This document shows, piece by piece, positions 28,191-39,435 of a DNA stretch of 64,000 bases (its first letter is position 1; each line of letters opens with the position of its first letter). Made by a program: the position numbers and the translations under genes. The stretch is from Escherichia phage ECp13. A model generated the notes under the pieces. That model saw only the letters and a list, made by a program, of their open reading frames with translations, had not been told where the DNA came from and searched no databases. Location of the stretch: the sequence record PP274704.1. One strand, given 5' to 3'.

Positions 28191-28216
28191 AAAAGGGAGC
28201 CCATGGGCTCCCTTAA
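28191..28216 (-). terminator. hairpin terminator after gene 8
   Basis: GGGAGCCC/GGGCTCCC palindrome followed on minus strand by TTTT; lies between gp8 stop and the gp9 promoter. Confidence 0.55.
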
Positions 28217-28217
28217 T

Positions 28218-29222
28218 TTAAAATGTAAACAGAATATTGATTTCTTCTGTTTGATCCATTGCCATGATAATAGGTGGCCTATTTTCCATATAAATCATTT
28301 CGCCCGAATGCCTCATTAAATCTTCCGGATCATAATAATCCTTTTCAGCTTTAACGTTTGGGTCATTTGGATGAACTTTAGCTTCAAGAGGATTGGTGAT
28401 TATTGATATTTGTCTAAATCCTTTATTTCCCGGTAATGCAGCATCAGGAAAGTAAACTGAATCTAAATATGCTTTAAAACGGATAGTATTTGCCTTAACG
28501 CGATAAATTAATCCAAAATCATCTTGTTGCCATGTGAGATTATCTTCATACCCCCATCTAGCCGGGTCTTCTTTTAATTCCTCAGGCCAAGGAACCACGA
28601 TATATTCATTCGTGCATCTATTTATAGATACATCAGGCGGAATCTCAAAAAGATATTCCCAAACATATCCGTCTCCGGGTTCGATTGTTCCTTCAGCGTC
28701 TCCTCGACCTTCAGGAGGAGTCATTGACCTAACAGAAGGAGTCCATTTTCCACCTAACTTAAGACATTCATCCTTATTAGTTAAAGATGCTATTGAACAC
28801 GTTCCGGTATCAGGAACATCTAAACAACGATATACTAACCAGCCTGCGCCTGATTCAGTAGCGTTGTAAGGAGCTGAGTTACACACTACAATATCGTTAA
28901 TTCTAAATGTGTATGGATCCGGATATCTCGTATCTCCCCAATCTCTACGAGGAATAACTGCATCAAGCATAGATGGAAGAACCTTTACGGTTCCCATCAT
29001 ATGAGTCCACATGTCAGTTACACCCAATACAGAATCAGTTGGATAAGGTGGAGCAAAGCCCACCTCATTTTCATTTGATGACCACGGTTCTGATCTTCCA
29101 AATGTGATAAAGATAGTGTTTTTATCCGGACCACTCCCAATTGAATTATAAAAATTCAACATTTTTTCTGTTCTAAATTTTGAAGTAACTATCGCACGAT
29201 AGATAACACTTGAATCATTCAT
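28218..29222 (-). CDS. 8: baseplate wedge protein gp8
   Basis: 334-aa ORF, T4 gp8 length. Confidence 0.9.
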   Translation of the reverse strand: MNDSSVIYRAIVTSKFRTEKMLNFYNSIGSGPDKNTIFITFGRSEPWSSNENEVGFAPPYPTDSVLGVTDMWTHMMGTVKVLPSMLDAVIPRRDWGDTRYPDPYTFRINDIVVCNSAPYNATESGAGWLVYRCLDVPDTGTCSIASLTNKDECLKLGGKWTPSVRSMTPPEGRGDAEGTIEPGDGYVWEYLFEIPPDVSINRCTNEYIVVPWPEELKEDPARWGYEDNLTWQQDDFGLIYRVKANTIRFKAYLDSVYFPDAALPGNKGFRQISIITNPLEAKVHPNDPNVKAEKDYYDPEDLMRHSGEMIYMENRPPIIMAMDQTEEINILFTF

Positions 29223-32200
29223 CTATTTTAACCTGTGTTGGATTTTCAGGGTCTCTTGGATTTCCTATATTATCTTTTAGACGTTTATTAACTAAATCTC
29301 TAAATTGTGCAAATGTTGTTCCAGATGCATCAAATAAAGGACTCATTAATTTGCGTCGTTCAGACGGCAATTGACCTTGAAATATTGAATTGTTATTTTC
29401 AGCATTATAGTCATCAGGAAGAGGATATTCTACGCCAGCCATTGGGCCAGGTTCATAAATTGCTTCGCCTGTTACCGAATCATGCTCAATTTCACCAGTC
29501 GGAGTCAATTTAGCTACTCTATCAGCATATTCGGTAGGCAATCCAGAATCCCATTTGTAGTTTTTGTATTTATTAATTATAGTCTCTGTATGTTTAAGAG
29601 TTAAACCAACATTAATAAACATCGTTAAAAGGGTAATTGCTATAAATCCAAATCCTACTGGATGAACAAAACGAATAACGTCAGATTTCCAGCGGGAAGA
29701 AGGCAAATTGGATTTAATTTTCATTACATAATATGATCGACTTCTATTAATATAGTCTATATTATTTTGAAGCAAATCCTTTCCTTTAACTCCACGAATA
29801 ATTTCGCCTTCAAAACTAGGAAGTCTTTCTGCTTTAACTTCTTGACCAGCAATTAATCTTCCCAAAAGATTATGAATAGTTACGGTCCATTGCAATTTAC
29901 CATTAGAATAGCTTCTTTCTATATAAGTAACATTACATCTTCCTGTAGCTGTATAAATCGTTTGTCCTACTAAGTCTTCAGTCAAAGAATCAGATTGAAC
30001 GATTATATCATATTCAGTACCAGCCCCAGATTCAATTTCAATTTCAACCTCTTCATTATAAAGAACTTTAAAAAGAAATTTGTATGATGCTTCAATTCCT
30101 TTAGTAGAATAAAAATCATAGCTACGTGATTCGAAAAATCTTGCAACAGCATCACGTTTGTCAGCATTTAAATAAATGTTTCTTTTATATATCTCTGACC
30201 ACAAATATTCCCATGCATGCTCTTCTCGTGGATATTTGTTACGAATTAAATTTCGTAAATTGTTATACTGAGTTCCATATCCATCAGAAAGATATTGAAT
30301 ATATGCTTCGCAAAATGCTTCAAAATTCGAATCCTGTAACAAATAAGAATCAGGCATCATTGTGCCAATCAATGGTCTTAAATCAGGGTCAGCTAATCCA
30401 CTCTCTTCTTCAGGCGACCAAGGAGTTTCATGTTCTTGGTTTTGTAAAAATGCTTTTAAAAATACTCCAGTTGGCTTCCAAATAATTTCGACAGTGTCTC
30501 TAACACGATAGTTAAAATCGTAGTAAGAAATTATTTCGCCGGAGGCTTTATAGAAAAGCATCCCAGATGCATATTTTTTAAATCCAGTGAATTTAACATT
30601 TGGCATTACTATAGTGCAATCGCCGTCATCCCAGTATTCATGAACTAATCTATCTGGAGATGTTTCTGGAAAATTTTCAATAACTTTAGTGTATTTTAAA
30701 TCAGCATAAACTACTACAGCTCTATCAGAGTTGTTTATCCAACAACGTGTGTTAGATTTTTTAGACCAGTTAAAGAATGGTTCTGCGTAGTATTTCATTG
30801 GCTGAGGCGTAAAAGTTTCCCAATCAGATTTTTCATCTGCTATAAATGCCATCATATGATAATGCTTATCAGCTAACCATTCACGAGGAAATTCATATTT
30901 AACGGCACCAATTAACTGATATTTTGCTGCAGTTTCAGAGTCATTAACAATATTATCACTTAAAAACTTAAAATTACTCGAAGATAGCGAAACTAATTTA
31001 CCGTCAGTTGACATATTCGCATACCCTGGTTGAATACGTCTTCTTTCTTCTTCAGTGTTGCCAAAAACTCTTTTCCATGTTTTTGTGTCATGATTTAAAA
31101 CATATATTCCTTTATCAGCAGAATCAATTATTTTTGATGTTCTAGGATTAGCATTTACTGTTTCAACTTCACCAATAATAAGAGCAAAAACTTTATCACC
31201 GATAGAATCCATTTTATAGCATACTGCTTTAGGATTTCCAGTTATAGTCATTGTATCAGGTTCAAAAAGCCTTTCCGAATATGTTGGAGATAATGGATCA
31301 GAATCTATAGGTGCATTACTCGTTTTTATGTATCTAACTTTGTCTCTGGCGACAACGTAAATGTAATCATCGGTGCAAGTAATAGCTTCTGCAATGCGAT
31401 ATACATTCGCTGGTAAAGTCGCGTAAGTGGCAAAAATTTCTACATCAAATCCTAAATGTAATTGGTCGCCAAGTTTAGCGAATGTTATATCCTGCGAACT
31501 AAATCTGACATCGTCAGCTGACCATCTAACATCAGTAGATTTGCGGCCATAGAAAATCTTGTCGTATCCTAGAACGTATGTTGTGTTCGCAGATTGGTAA
31601 TATACTGTCTTAGATAAAGGATATCCTACGCGGTCATTGAAGAGCTTTACAGCTTTCCAGGTTTGTCCTTTATCATTGGATACTTTAACTACAGGCTGAT
31701 AGCGCTCAAAAAGATATAGAACCCCTTCTGATTCCATCAAATAAACTCGGTTAATATCCTTACATACTTGCTGAATAGAACCCTGTATTTCATGATACTC
31801 ATTTTCACCAATAATAAAATTACTTATTGATGAAACGTCAACATATGATGGGCTGAATTGGAATGATTCATTCATCAATGCAGCCATTATAGTGTCATTA
31901 TTAAAATTAACATAGTTAGAATTATTAAGAGTAAATTTTTCCTGAATGAATTTATTGGCTAATTGCATTTCAATCATGTTTTGAAATGTATAAGCATTTG
32001 TAGCAAAAGTTTCAAACTCTTCGGTATAAATCCAATCAGACTGCTCAAAATCTTGTGCAGCTGTAGCCACTCTAATAATGTATGATGTCAATGGGTCAGC
32101 ATCGTCAAAAAAGAAGCTGTTATTTGCAGTATATCCTAAGTTAATCCAACGATATTGATCACTCGGGAGATTTTCCCCCGAGTCTGTTTTTGTCTCAGCG

Positions 32201-32313
32201 ATTTCTACAAAATAGTAGAAATTAGCACCAACGTCATCCCAGCGTACTTGCACCTGATTTGCGGATAACTTGGAAATTCTGAGACTAGTGACTGAAGGTG
32301 CTTTTACTGTCAT
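29215..32313 (-). CDS. 7: baseplate wedge protein gp7
   Basis: 1032-aa ORF, T4 gp7 length. Confidence 0.93.
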   Translation of the reverse strand: MTVKAPSVTSLRISKLSANQVQVRWDDVGANFYYFVEIAETKTDSGENLPSDQYRWINLGYTANNSFFFDDADPLTSYIIRVATAAQDFEQSDWIYTEEFETFATNAYTFQNMIEMQLANKFIQEKFTLNNSNYVNFNNDTIMAALMNESFQFSPSYVDVSSISNFIIGENEYHEIQGSIQQVCKDINRVYLMESEGVLYLFERYQPVVKVSNDKGQTWKAVKLFNDRVGYPLSKTVYYQSANTTYVLGYDKIFYGRKSTDVRWSADDVRFSSQDITFAKLGDQLHLGFDVEIFATYATLPANVYRIAEAITCTDDYIYVVARDKVRYIKTSNAPIDSDPLSPTYSERLFEPDTMTITGNPKAVCYKMDSIGDKVFALIIGEVETVNANPRTSKIIDSADKGIYVLNHDTKTWKRVFGNTEEERRRIQPGYANMSTDGKLVSLSSSNFKFLSDNIVNDSETAAKYQLIGAVKYEFPREWLADKHYHMMAFIADEKSDWETFTPQPMKYYAEPFFNWSKKSNTRCWINNSDRAVVVYADLKYTKVIENFPETSPDRLVHEYWDDGDCTIVMPNVKFTGFKKYASGMLFYKASGEIISYYDFNYRVRDTVEIIWKPTGVFLKAFLQNQEHETPWSPEEESGLADPDLRPLIGTMMPDSYLLQDSNFEAFCEAYIQYLSDGYGTQYNNLRNLIRNKYPREEHAWEYLWSEIYKRNIYLNADKRDAVARFFESRSYDFYSTKGIEASYKFLFKVLYNEEVEIEIESGAGTEYDIIVQSDSLTEDLVGQTIYTATGRCNVTYIERSYSNGKLQWTVTIHNLLGRLIAGQEVKAERLPSFEGEIIRGVKGKDLLQNNIDYINRSRSYYVMKIKSNLPSSRWKSDVIRFVHPVGFGFIAITLLTMFINVGLTLKHTETIINKYKNYKWDSGLPTEYADRVAKLTPTGEIEHDSVTGEAIYEPGPMAGVEYPLPDDYNAENNNSIFQGQLPSERRKLMSPLFDASGTTFAQFRDLVNKRLKDNIGNPRDPENPTQVKIDE

Positions 32314-34292
32314 TGTGATATAGGCTCCAAATCGATAGTTAAGTATTGTGGACGTAAGTCATTTTCAAATACAATCAGTGAACCGTCGCGAGTAAAGATA
32401 ACATCATCGGTTGGGTCAGAATATAATTCAATAGTCTGAACTTCAAATTTTTCAGATGTTAAATTAATTTTAGCGATATTCCAATAAATCACATCAGCTG
32501 GATAATTTATTTCACCGATAACATAGTATTTGTCGCGTCCATCAGAATTTGCTAATTTGTTAAAATCGTTGCCTGTATATGGCTGAATGTTTTCATTTTC
32601 TGTAACATCGCCAGAAGCAAATGGACCAATAATAACTTTACCAATTCCTTTAGAATCTCGGTCTGTTGATACTATGCGAACGTCATATAATACATCTTCT
32701 TCTAAACCAGTATCAGGATTTACAACCTTTCGTCCAGAATTAAATGAAAACGTATTAGATTCCATAGAACGGTCTTTTATTTGATTATTGTATTTAATAC
32801 CTGCTTCAGGCGTTTTATAGAAGTTTTGTACTTCACGAACAATTTGAATTGTCGCTGATGAACCAATGATAGAATGATCTGCATCATCTACATATGTCAA
32901 CATCTTAGATTTAGCGAAAGATGAGTTAAAAATTTCTACATCTTCGGTATAATAACGATCAATTTTATCAATTATTTGACCTTCGAGCCACTGCTCAGAT
33001 TCTTGCAGCTTATTTAAAGCATATGTGACTTTTAAATTAGTCTTAATAAAAAGATAATTAGGAGAAATAATTGATGGCGTAATAGGAGCTAAATTATAGT
33101 CTTTGAGATAATTTTTAATATCTTCGCGCTGTACAGTAGTTAAATATAGCCCTGATTTAGGTTTAGCGGCAATAAATGCATAACCAGGTTTAGTAGAATC
33201 AGTGAACGTCTGAACTGCTTGAATAATAGAACCAAATCTCTCTGAAACGAATGTATCATAATCAGTCGCAGTTACGCAGCGTTGCTGGGTTTCGCGTTTA
33301 ATAGTACCCAATTCGCGAATACGTTCAATATCTTCTGGATCGCCACCGCCATCTGCCCCAACAAAATCCGGGTCATCGTTTGGATTTTCATTAATATTGA
33401 TGACAGTTATATTTGTCAATGTATCTGCGTATGAAAATCCGACTGCGCCATTCGCATCTGCACCGTTAGTACTGATGTACTCAATAACAATCGTAGAGTT
33501 CTGGGTAGGTTTAAGACCTCCAATATAATTAGCAGTCAATGCTCCTTCTGCCGCATTAACAGAAATCTCACCTTCACCAAAATAAAACTCAGTATTTCCA
33601 TCAATAGTTTCACGCATGTAGTAAATTGTCGATGTAGAACCAGCATGAACCATTGACTTTCTTGTCCAGTTAATCCATTCTGCTCCATCAACGTATAGTT
33701 TAACTTGATTTCTATCTATATTTTTGTCATAAATGATAATAGGTGTTAATTTATCATAGATGATTTCAGTTCTTACTATACGCCCCTGGGCTAATTTTAA
33801 ACGCGGAAAATATTGGTTATTTTTATCACGAATAGCAATAACATCTTCGGTAGATACAAAGTTGTAAGGATTAACGGAAGTATCCTTTGCATATGCTAAA
33901 AAGCGAGTACCACGAGGAATAGTAATGTAATTTCTATTCAATGCGTCTGTGCAAGTTAGCATAATTTCAGTTTGAGCAGCTGATTTTGAAGTAGGTAAAT
34001 ATCCATTATCTTGTGCAGCTTGAACTACTGAACTACGCAAATTAGCAGTACGCATAAAGCTTTCGTACAAGGCAGCATTACCAAACTGCTGAATGTATAA
34101 TGTATTATAAGCCAAAAGGTCGCACAGAACGTTTAATCTTGAGCCTTCAAAATCATAATCCAAAAATTCATTTTGGCCATTAAGCCATTCAATGAGGTTT
34201 TGTTTTATTTCAGCAAATGTACCCCCGACGAATATCTCGGGAATAGCATTTGCTGTTCTTGTTAATTGATAATTTACAGGGGTATTTGCCAT
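32310..34292 (-). CDS. 6: baseplate wedge protein gp6
   Basis: 660-aa ORF, T4 gp6 length. Confidence 0.93.
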   Translation of the reverse strand: MANTPVNYQLTRTANAIPEIFVGGTFAEIKQNLIEWLNGQNEFLDYDFEGSRLNVLCDLLAYNTLYIQQFGNAALYESFMRTANLRSSVVQAAQDNGYLPTSKSAAQTEIMLTCTDALNRNYITIPRGTRFLAYAKDTSVNPYNFVSTEDVIAIRDKNNQYFPRLKLAQGRIVRTEIIYDKLTPIIIYDKNIDRNQVKLYVDGAEWINWTRKSMVHAGSTSTIYYMRETIDGNTEFYFGEGEISVNAAEGALTANYIGGLKPTQNSTIVIEYISTNGADANGAVGFSYADTLTNITVININENPNDDPDFVGADGGGDPEDIERIRELGTIKRETQQRCVTATDYDTFVSERFGSIIQAVQTFTDSTKPGYAFIAAKPKSGLYLTTVQREDIKNYLKDYNLAPITPSIISPNYLFIKTNLKVTYALNKLQESEQWLEGQIIDKIDRYYTEDVEIFNSSFAKSKMLTYVDDADHSIIGSSATIQIVREVQNFYKTPEAGIKYNNQIKDRSMESNTFSFNSGRKVVNPDTGLEEDVLYDVRIVSTDRDSKGIGKVIIGPFASGDVTENENIQPYTGNDFNKLANSDGRDKYYVIGEINYPADVIYWNIAKINLTSEKFEVQTIELYSDPTDDVIFTRDGSLIVFENDLRPQYLTIDLEPISQ

Positions 34293-34300
34293 TTTAAATC

Positions 34301-34594
34301 CTATTTAATGAATACTTTAGATGATGCCTGAGCCACAGTATCACCGCATGATATTGGATCAGCCATTTGAACAGCTTTCTTTCCAGTGACATATACCTTA
34401 GAAGTTCTAGGTTGTGTCACTCCGCCATGTGTTTCATATGGCTTTTTAATTTCTGTGTGTTCTGTAATTGGATCACCTGCTACGAGAACAGCAATTCCTC
34501 CAGTGAATACTTTACTTTGTGTAGCATTCACAACTGTTGGAGGCCATGCTTCATGGCCGGCAGTAACACACTTATCATAACTTAATCCTGACAT
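34301..34594 (-). CDS. 5.4: PAAR-repeat spike tip protein gp5.4
   Basis: 97-aa ORF, T4 gp5.4 length; immediately upstream of gene 6. Confidence 0.85.
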
Positions 34595-35152
34595 TTATGG
34601 CCTCTCATACACGTAGCTTCTCAATTTATTAGCCCAACGACTCCAATTTCCAACTATAGTTTTTGTGTAATTTTTAACAAGAGTTTTTCTTATTGGAGCT
34701 GGAGGATCAGTTGGTTCAGTGGTATCAGAAGATGACCTAGAATTACTGCCAGAACCTCCAGATTCACTTTGTTCTTGGTAGTCATATATTAATGTTACTT
34801 CGTAAGTGAATGTCTTCTGGAGGTTTTGAGGAGCTTTCCATAAATATAACTGAGTATTAGAATCAGTTGGAAGGCCTTCCCATGAAGCAGCAGTTTTAAA
34901 TTCATCATCTAAACGATATTTCAATGCGTCATTTCCAAATCCAAATACAGATTCATACGTTCCATATAAACGATTTTCTTCTACTAAAACCCCAGGAGTT
35001 TCTTCGTAACTAGTTATATTTATAGATACTAACGTTTCACCTGTTTCTAATTGAGCGGTAAAGGTGACGTCGATAGAAGAACCTTCCATGGATTCTCCTA
35101 AATCAGCGCTCATTGGAAGTATATTAGCCAATGTCAATCCTCGATCCATCAA
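34595..35152 (-). CDS. 5.1: hypothetical protein, positional equivalent of T4 5.1
   Basis: 185-aa ORF directly downstream of gene 5. Confidence 0.7.
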
Positions 35153-36851
35153 TTGTGTATTGACCAGATGAAATAGAACTCATAGATGCCATTTTTTCTG
35201 TCCAATCGCCACCAACGTCCCAATCAACTGTCCCAGCAACTTTCCAAGAAAGATTTCCATTTACTGTATTAGTCTGATTTCCTTCAACTAAAGTGGTAGC
35301 ATCTCCTTTAACTGTAATGTCAGCATTACCTTCAACTACAATAGTAACATTACCTTTGACTAGGATAGTTCCATTACCTTCAACCGTCTTAGTTTCATCG
35401 CCACGCACAAATATTGTATTGCTTCCATCTATTTGGTGGAGACGATTATCCATGTTGTAATAAATTTCTGATCCACCGACGTTAGTCTTTTTATCGCCAG
35501 CTACCAAAAAATTACCATCAGCATTTGTTATATCATACAAATTATCAACAGTTTTTCTTGTTCTTCTTCCTGACGGTGATACTTCCTCATATGTTCCAGT
35601 CGGATGAACTAATCTGTATCGTTCTTGCCCAGGGGTATCATCAAACTCCTGAATATGACCGCTTTCAGTTTCCATTGTATGAACATACGGATATTCGCCT
35701 TTATATGAAGAAACAGGTTCTTTAAATAAAATTCTCGAATCATTCGGAATAGGAGGGTCAGCTGGATCAGAAGACTTTGCTACAGTAGCAGCCATTGCTG
35801 ACAAAGACCTAGCCGGTGTTTTCACTTCAATACCGTATGATTCCAAATTACCCGTAAGAATAATCATGGTAACACGGGATGCACGGCCTTTTGTTTGTTG
35901 ATACCACAATGAATCACGACCAGCTTTATATGCTTTTTCCCAATCTCCGGCTAACATAGCAGTTAACATTGTGTTAAATTTAGCTACACCACCAACACCC
36001 ATCTGAAATGCCATATTTTCTAATGCCATTTGACGAGAACGATTAACTGCTTGCCAAACTGGGCCAACTTTAGAATGTGATTTAATGTCACGTTGCATAT
36101 CAGCCAAATCACGTTCAAATAAAGTTACCGCTTCTTCCATTGTAATAGAACCTGGATTTCCGGTAATTTCACGACCAACTTGTTTTGATAAAACTTTATT
36201 AATTTGAGTCATATCACGAACTGGCTGCTTCATGATAAGATGACCAATACCAATTGTCGGATATCCTTCAGTATCCCAATAAACTTTTAGTCTTAATCCT
36301 TCATCACGGCGAAGCATTTCAGCCATTGACATATTTGGATTATCATCAGTTGGAATCTCTGATAGCGGTCTATCATCGGGATTTATCGCAGTGTCTAGAT
36401 TACTGTCTTGGATAATATTAGAAGACGAATCATATCCTACTTCTCCGCCTTGGTTTAATACGTTAGTATCATTTCCTAGACGTCTAGGATACTGTCCAGT
36501 CGGGTCAGAAAATCCTTCAAGTCTATTCGGTTTTTCGCGAACTATTCCACCATACGTGCCAAGGACAATTCCGTTAGTTTTCCATTTGTCTAAAAAATGA
36601 CCATAAACTCTAGTTCCTTCTACCGGACCAGTAACGGAGCCTCCAATTCCAGACATTGCTGCAGAAGTTATAGGTTGAATAACTGACATCCATGGTAATT
36701 TATCAGTTGGAATACCCATTACATCGCCTTGTGCTCTTTGAGGTGGATGCAGACCAACTACACGAACACGAACACGACCTAATTTTAATGGGTCCATTCT
36801 ATCTTCAACAACACCAACAAACCAATTAAGGTTATTACTTATCATTTCCAT
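35124..36851 (-). CDS. 5: baseplate hub subunit and tail lysozyme gp5
   Basis: 575-aa ORF, T4 gp5 length; T4-lysozyme-like domain (LRLKVYWDTEGYPTIGIGHL) and C-terminal beta-helix repeats (VxG repeats). Confidence 0.95.
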   Translation of the reverse strand: MEMISNNLNWFVGVVEDRMDPLKLGRVRVRVVGLHPPQRAQGDVMGIPTDKLPWMSVIQPITSAAMSGIGGSVTGPVEGTRVYGHFLDKWKTNGIVLGTYGGIVREKPNRLEGFSDPTGQYPRRLGNDTNVLNQGGEVGYDSSSNIIQDSNLDTAINPDDRPLSEIPTDDNPNMSMAEMLRRDEGLRLKVYWDTEGYPTIGIGHLIMKQPVRDMTQINKVLSKQVGREITGNPGSITMEEAVTLFERDLADMQRDIKSHSKVGPVWQAVNRSRQMALENMAFQMGVGGVAKFNTMLTAMLAGDWEKAYKAGRDSLWYQQTKGRASRVTMIILTGNLESYGIEVKTPARSLSAMAATVAKSSDPADPPIPNDSRILFKEPVSSYKGEYPYVHTMETESGHIQEFDDTPGQERYRLVHPTGTYEEVSPSGRRTRKTVDNLYDITNADGNFLVAGDKKTNVGGSEIYYNMDNRLHQIDGSNTIFVRGDETKTVEGNGTILVKGNVTIVVEGNADITVKGDATTLVEGNQTNTVNGNLSWKVAGTVDWDVGGDWTEKMASMSSISSGQYTIDGSRIDIG

Positions 36852-37425
36852 AAGATTTCTCCATTATACGTATAAGGTCGTTCATAAATGAATTGATGTC
36901 TGATTTTGCTATTATTTTTATTTGACGAAGTTTTTCATTTTCAAGAACAGCAGCTTCATACGTATCGACCGCAGCAAGTGCTCCTTCATATTGAGGATAT
37001 TTTCTAGCTTTATCGCCTTTGTCATACCAAACATATGGATTATCATCATATGATACTAAATTATAAAATTTTTCACCGTTTTCATTCACATGATATACTA
37101 TTTGGTCTCCACCTACGTTTTTGTATTTTTGTATAGATGCTTGATAAGCAGCTTCTTGCGAAGTAATCCATCCATAATACGGATCATAATTATCATTACA
37201 CATCAATAAAACCCAATACAACTGTGGATTTCCATATATAGCATTTGCTAATTCTTCCGGGCGTGGTGAACCTTTAATATAATAAGTGCGTAAGCGGTAT
37301 CCCGCAAGAGCACGTTTGAAATAGTCTTTATAGTTTCTAAAAATATCTGTCATAGGAATAGTCGGCGCGTTTTTATTCACCGTTTTGGCCGCATATTCAA
37401 TCGGATCAAAAAATGTAAAGAGCAT
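36835..37425 (-). CDS. 53: baseplate wedge protein gp53
   Basis: 196-aa ORF, T4 gp53 length. Confidence 0.9.
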   Translation of the reverse strand: MLFTFFDPIEYAAKTVNKNAPTIPMTDIFRNYKDYFKRALAGYRLRTYYIKGSPRPEELANAIYGNPQLYWVLLMCNDNYDPYYGWITSQEAAYQASIQKYKNVGGDQIVYHVNENGEKFYNLVSYDDNPYVWYDKGDKARKYPQYEGALAAVDTYEAAVLENEKLRQIKIIAKSDINSFMNDLIRIMEKSYGNDK

Positions 37426-37438
37426 GGGCCCTCCTGTT

Positions 37439-37446
37439 TATAAATA
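37439..37446 (+). promoter_or_regulatory. late promoter (TATAAATA) for gene 4
   Basis: TATAAATA on plus strand, 27 nt upstream of gene 4 ATG (37473). Confidence 0.65.
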
Positions 37447-37453
37447 TATTATC

Positions 37454-37461
37454 TATTTATA
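37454..37461 (-). promoter_or_regulatory. late promoter (TATAAATA) for gene 53, divergent from the gene 4 promoter
   Basis: tatttata on plus strand, 29 nt upstream of gene 53 start (37425). Confidence 0.65.
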
Positions 37462-37472
37462 AGGAGAATCCA

Positions 37473-37925
37473 ATGGCATATTCTGGAAAATGGGTTCCTA
37501 AAAATATATCAAAATATAGAGGTGACCCTAAAAAAATTACGTATAGATCAAATTGGGAAAAATTCTTTTTTGAATGGTTAGATAAAAATCCAGAAATTAT
37601 TGCATGGGGTAGTGAAACAGCAGTAATTCCTTATTTTTGTAATGCAGAAGGGAAAAAACGTAGATACTTCATGGATATTTGGATGAAAGATTCTTCTGGA
37701 CAAGAATTTTTTATTGAAATAAAACCTAAAAAAGAAACACAACCACCAGTTAAACCAGCACATCTAACAACTGCAGCGAAGAAAAGATTTATGAATGAAA
37801 TTTATACATATTCCGTTAATACTGACAAATGGAAAGCAGCACAAGCTTTAGCTGAAAAGCGTGGAATAAAATTTAGAATTCTAACAGAAGATGGATTACG
37901 AGCTCTTGGCTTTAAGGGGGCATAA
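37473..37925 (+). CDS. 4: head completion protein gp4
   Basis: 150-aa ORF, T4 gp4 length. Confidence 0.9.
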   Translation: MAYSGKWVPKNISKYRGDPKKITYRSNWEKFFFEWLDKNPEIIAWGSETAVIPYFCNAEGKKRRYFMDIWMKDSSGQEFFIEIKPKKETQPPVKPAHLTTAAKKRFMNEIYTYSVNTDKWKAAQALAEKRGIKFRILTEDGLRALGFKGA

Positions 37926-38749
37926 TGGCTATTTTTCAAATAATTAATGAAAGCACTCCCCAAGTTCCAAAGGTTAAGCAATCATTAAACGAAAAGAAAT
38001 GGATTCAGATAGGTCTTGAATACAGAAAGGCCAAAGCAAAAGGAATGACAGGAAAGCAATTTGCCGAAGAAAGAGGAATCAAATACTCTACGTTTACTTC
38101 AGCAATGTCAAAATATGCTTCAGGAATTAAAACAGCTGAAAAGATTCAAAAGCTTGAATCAAAACCAATGAATAAACTCAATAAGCAAGAAAGACAACTG
38201 CTTATGATAAATTCATTCAGGCAAACATTGCGTGATAAAATTCGTAATGAAGGTGCAGCAATTAATAATAAAACCAGAAAGTGGTTTGCTGAAACTATTA
38301 AGCAAGTAAAAGGACATAAGGTTGTTCGCCCGCAGCCTGGACGAATATATGCTTTTGCTTATGATGCTAAACACAAGGAAACTCTTCCTTACTGGGATAA
38401 ATTTCCTTTGATAATTTACCTTGGTTTAGGTAAACATAATTTAATGTACGGGTTGAACTTGCACTATATTCCACCTAAAGCTCGTCAGCAATTTTTAGAA
38501 GAGCTTTTAAAGCAATATTCAAATACACCTACTATTACTAATAAAACGAAATTAAAAATTGATTGGAGTCAAGTGAAAGGATTTAGGGGTGCAGACCAAA
38601 TGATTAAGGCATATATACCCGGTAATATTATGGGTAGCCTTGTTGAAATCGCCCCGAAAGACTGGGCGAACGTTGTGTTAATGCCACTTCAGCAGTTCGT
38701 TTCAAAAGGAAAACGTTTCTCTGCAAACAAAGTCTGGTCAAATATCTAA
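37925..38749 (+). CDS. 2: DNA end protector protein gp2
   Basis: 274-aa ORF, T4 gp2 length. Confidence 0.9.
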   Translation: MAIFQIINESTPQVPKVKQSLNEKKWIQIGLEYRKAKAKGMTGKQFAEERGIKYSTFTSAMSKYASGIKTAEKIQKLESKPMNKLNKQERQLLMINSFRQTLRDKIRNEGAAINNKTRKWFAETIKQVKGHKVVRPQPGRIYAFAYDAKHKETLPYWDKFPLIIYLGLGKHNLMYGLNLHYIPPKARQQFLEELLKQYSNTPTITNKTKLKIDWSQVKGFRGADQMIKAYIPGNIMGSLVEIAPKDWANVVLMPLQQFVSKGKRFSANKVWSNI

Positions 38750-38855
38750 TTCTATTATCTTCCATTCTTTTCTATTGTTTGTTCTAATTGGAATTGAATG
38801 GAAGGGACTTAGACCCATTATACCACCAACATTTATAAAGCATTATGAGGAATAT

Positions 38856-39386
38856 ATGTCGCAAGCATTGCAACAAATTTTTAACCAAGCAAATACAACT
38901 AACTTTGTAGTATCAATACCACATAGTAATACTACATCTGCTTTTACTTTAAATGCTCAATCAGTTCCTATTCCGGGAATTAGAATACCTGTTACTGATA
39001 CCGTGACTGGGCCGTTTGGACTAGGCAGAGCACAACGTCCAGGAGTTACATTTGAGTACGATCCACTCATCGTGAGATTTATAGTTGACGAAGAGCTTAA
39101 GTCGTGGATAGGAATGTATGAATGGATGCTAGGAACTAGTAACTATCTTACAGGCGAAAATACTGCCCAAAAAACAGGTCCTGAATACATTACGCTTTAC
39201 ATTTTAGATAATAGTAAAACTGAAATCGTGATGTCAATAAATTTTTATAAGCCTTGGGTTTCTGACCTGTCTGAAGTAGAATTTAGCTACACGGAAGATT
39301 CAGACCCAGCTTTAGTATGCACAGCAACGATTCCTTATACGTATTTTCAAGTAGAAAAAGATGGCAAAATTATAGCAGAAGTTTAA
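38856..39386 (+). CDS. 3: tail completion and sheath stabiliser protein gp3
   Basis: Track ORF starts at 38775 from a non-ATG codon; ATG at 38856 (MSQALQQIF...) with GAGGAA RBS gives 176 aa, the T4 gp3 length. Confidence 0.88.
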   Translation: MSQALQQIFNQANTTNFVVSIPHSNTTSAFTLNAQSVPIPGIRIPVTDTVTGPFGLGRAQRPGVTFEYDPLIVRFIVDEELKSWIGMYEWMLGTSNYLTGENTAQKTGPEYITLYILDNSKTEIVMSINFYKPWVSDLSEVEFSYTEDSDPALVCTATIPYTYFQVEKDGKIIAEV

Positions 39387-39393
39387 TGCTTCA

Positions 39394-39420
39394 GTTTCAT
39401 GTGTTATAATCTTAACTAAA
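39394..39420 (+). promoter_or_regulatory. middle (MotA-box) promoter for gene 1
   Basis: TAATGCTTCA (39394-39403) then 11 bp then TATAAT (39415-39420), 16 nt upstream of gene 1 ATG; same 10-mer as the uvsY MotA box. Confidence 0.5.
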
Positions 39421-39435
39421 TTTGAGGAGAAACAT